Shown: positions 57,501 through 58,475 of the stretch, piece after piece | How positions within the stretch are numbered: position 1 is the stretch's first letter | How the letters are laid out: each line of letters begins with the position of its first letter | Virus record (IMG/VR): IMGVR_UViG_3300045988_031867 | DNA: 58,475 nt | From: a virus | Direction: 5' to 3' (one strand) | The notes under the pieces: model-generated | Database searches by the model: none | What the model was told of the DNA's origin: nothing | The model's input: only the letters and a program-made list of their open reading frames with translations | Program-made: the position numbers and the translations under genes

Positions 57501-58475
57501 TCAAAATCAATCTTAACACCCATAAGGCTTGCAACGCCCACAAGCATACGTTTGATTGCGATTGTTGTACCATTGACAACAGGCATAACTTTTTGAAGGA
57601 CAGGTATAAAAATCTGCCCTAATACCATGCCTGTCTCTTTGATGTTCGTGTTGAATTGCCTAATCATGTTACTTGGACTGTTTATTGTATTAGATAAATC
57701 ACCCCATGAAACCTTAGATTGGTCAAGTATAGCAAGTACTCTTAACTGCTGCTTTTCCATCTGCGTCATTTCACTTATGGATTTTTCAACGCCTAAGTTG
57801 TAAGCATATGTCTGCAATGTGGCATTGGTAATATCAATACCATACTTGTACAATGCCCTTGATTGACCGATTAAGCCACTTTGTATGTTGGTGGCTACGG
57901 ATGAGTAGTCAACATTAAAAAGAGAGCTTATATCGCCGGCAAGCATTGTCATTGACTTTGCTACCGCCGTGGTTGTCTCTCCTGTCTGTCCAAGTGAATT
58001 AGTCACCGAAGCAAGCTGTGACGCAAACTCCGTAACCTCTTGGATATTCAAGCCTAAGTTCTTAGTGCTGTCTGCAGTCAACAAGCCGTCATCAACATCA
58101 ACTTGCAGTCCCGAAAGCTTACCAAGCAACGCACTTACTCTGTCTGAAAAGCTGTTCGCATAATCCGTAGCGTTGTCATAGCCGTACTTTCCAAAGTCTT
58201 TGCCCCATTCGGAGCCGATTTTGCCAAATGCAACCGCATAGTAGTTGAACGCCTCAATGTAATCTGTGGTACTTTCAATGGACTTCCACAAGCCCTTAGC
58301 TCCTCGCACAACCATAAAGTATGATGCGTAAAACTTTCCGAACGCCTTAGCCAGTGACCATGTGCTTTTAGTTGCTGTCTGTGCGCTTCTCTGGACCCCA
58401 TTTAGGCTTCTTTGAATTGTCCGTGAAGCAGAACCCACCCTTGAACCTTGGCTTGCTAAATTCGCCAATGCGTTA
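54542..58475 (-). CDS. Tape measure protein, 3' portion (continues from 610..120 across the circular junction)
   Basis: A single open frame reaches the window end. The track's 'M' at 58468 is an internal TTG Leu codon. It is Ala/Gly/Ser-rich and helical with a central hydrophobic GxxxG-rich block, typical of tape measure proteins. Confidence 0.85.
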   Translation of the reverse strand, partial: NALANLASQGSRVGSASRTIQRSLNGVQRSAQTATKSTWSLAKAFGKFYASYFMVVRGAKGLWKSIESTTDYIEAFNYYAVAFGKIGSEWGKDFGKYGYDNATDYANSFSDRVSALLGKLSGLQVDVDDGLLTADSTKNLGLNIQEVTEFASQLASVTNSLGQTGETTTAVAKSMTMLAGDISSLFNVDYSSVATNIQSGLIGQSRALYKYGIDITNATLQTYAYNLGVEKSISEMTQMEKQQLRVLAILDQSKVSWGDLSNTINSPSNMIRQFNTNIKETGMVLGQIFIPVLQKVMPVVNGTTIAIKRMLVGVASLMGVKIDFDAFGQNGYKDTSDRLEDIANGYDDVADAAKNAQKGVRGFDELENRTTGTSKSGASTGAGDTIDLTDEIVKATEEYEKVWNDAFDKMENKAEAWADKVQSFFERMFKPLKTWGGKVDWKKLKNGFNGILDFAKKFTVGTGTGFLDFIEGLSNIGAPAINLLGGAVEILFKALNLVPAPVWHTLGGALGGVATALLAFKAYSAIASGINTGLGKFADAILKISSAKPVSVGEGVGKLGTAIASLSTGGYVVLAVGALAAVAGAIISIEQAYKNSIDAFTQTSVFDGQGTPIGDIAQQVIDLINATGTSSEDMTNFATELDRVSTNLQSASEEVENLKFKFDNLDLKNISNTDIEDMRTAVGDLASALRDDLHVSSDMAWDALAKMSADTATKLGISVGEMTTILSDFNARFNGIYSDMESQANTIFDKMLSGEATQADVDSLNGLLDDMNYLSGEAIKRQVDLQNSFDSMTNINFQSLEETTKAISDITEAGKAKFDEVDEYYQSLIGQADEWKVYTQRALERGKITSEEAGQYLDWIDNLAEIYNANWTEEKDDITNQINTTFDYIQSQVEKAGVEAFQEAQTKDWGFADLFRNPIQDVAKSVNKNMVQPTITAINQGKEQIGIEISKDNHLYQRWLDNATVSENDVSGWAMQNANAIGNAILANADITTKAFADMAGYDVSGYTDAIKKYQPNVKTSLINMNNNAIMGLSNEANTKMQNVGKSVVTGYIGGVNSNSQQLIKPVAGLANLSLSTFMEAQGSQGNKPSSGFSGIGKNSILGYMQGIDSLEKVSTDKVSSMAAKLSTTFADKTTVNMPSIGVQVMTGFLNGLTSMEQSVYSKADEIAKNVAKTIQSALDIHSPSRVMFELGAYTTEGFKEGMESLYKPTELSIKDFGFGMVEAVHPQQLYSGYADYTPSVSTSTSTTTQNYYNTSSSVDNAETNALLRELISAVKQGSKIEIDGKAIGNVVRKEDRSYFQRTGRGLFEH
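58357..58475. repeat. Second copy of the 119-bp terminal duplication
   Basis: Identical to 1-119. Confidence 0.95.

Overview
The window is a complete, circularly closed phage genome. Bases 1-119 repeat 58357-58475, so the unique length is 58356 bp. It looks like a temperate siphovirus-type phage of a Gram-positive, probably clostridial, host. That host call is inferred from the strong GGAGG Shine-Dalgarno sites and Bacillota-like tRNAs. All product calls rest on motifs I recognised by eye and on gene order; no database search was possible.

Almost every gene is on the minus strand. In transcription order (descending coordinates):
- Late genes: terS at 17.7 kb, then a 5.2-kb accessory island (MazG-like, three tRNAs, five small zinc-ribbon proteins, RtcB), then terL, portal, scaffold, capsid, connectors, a holin-like pair, tail tube, and a G/G-T chaperone with a GGGAAAG slippery site.
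- The 1474-aa tape measure gene wraps across the window ends.
- A 3.8-kb insertion follows (2-TM protein, lipoprotein, RHH/ORF6N cassette), then M23/SPOR lysin, distal tail protein and a 1025-aa tail fibre.
- Immunity region at 44-45.5 kb: cI-like and cro-like genes plus a decayed tyrosine integrase.
- Early genes from 43.9 to 27 kb: antirepressor, SMC-like ATPase, RecT-like protein, MBL hydrolase, SSB, GIY-YIG nuclease, and three methyltransferase ORFs.
- An intact large serine recombinase at 25.5-26.9 kb.

Three regions stand out:
1. 18.4-21.4 kb is an autonomous HTH-controlled divergent module. Its small ORFs are each followed, at the stop codon, by a tRNA-like minihelix (acceptor stem plus canonical T-arm, no anticodon arm).
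2. 21.8-25.4 kb is a tightly coupled operon of compositionally bizarre proteins next to the recombinase.
3. The terS-terL island looks centred on tRNA supply and repair.

Other oddities:
- a split multi-TRD C5-methyltransferase;
- an in-frame TAG followed by a 67-codon open extension;
- a candidate promoter-to-terminator sRNA;
- a conserved 39-bp element upstream of both late blocks.
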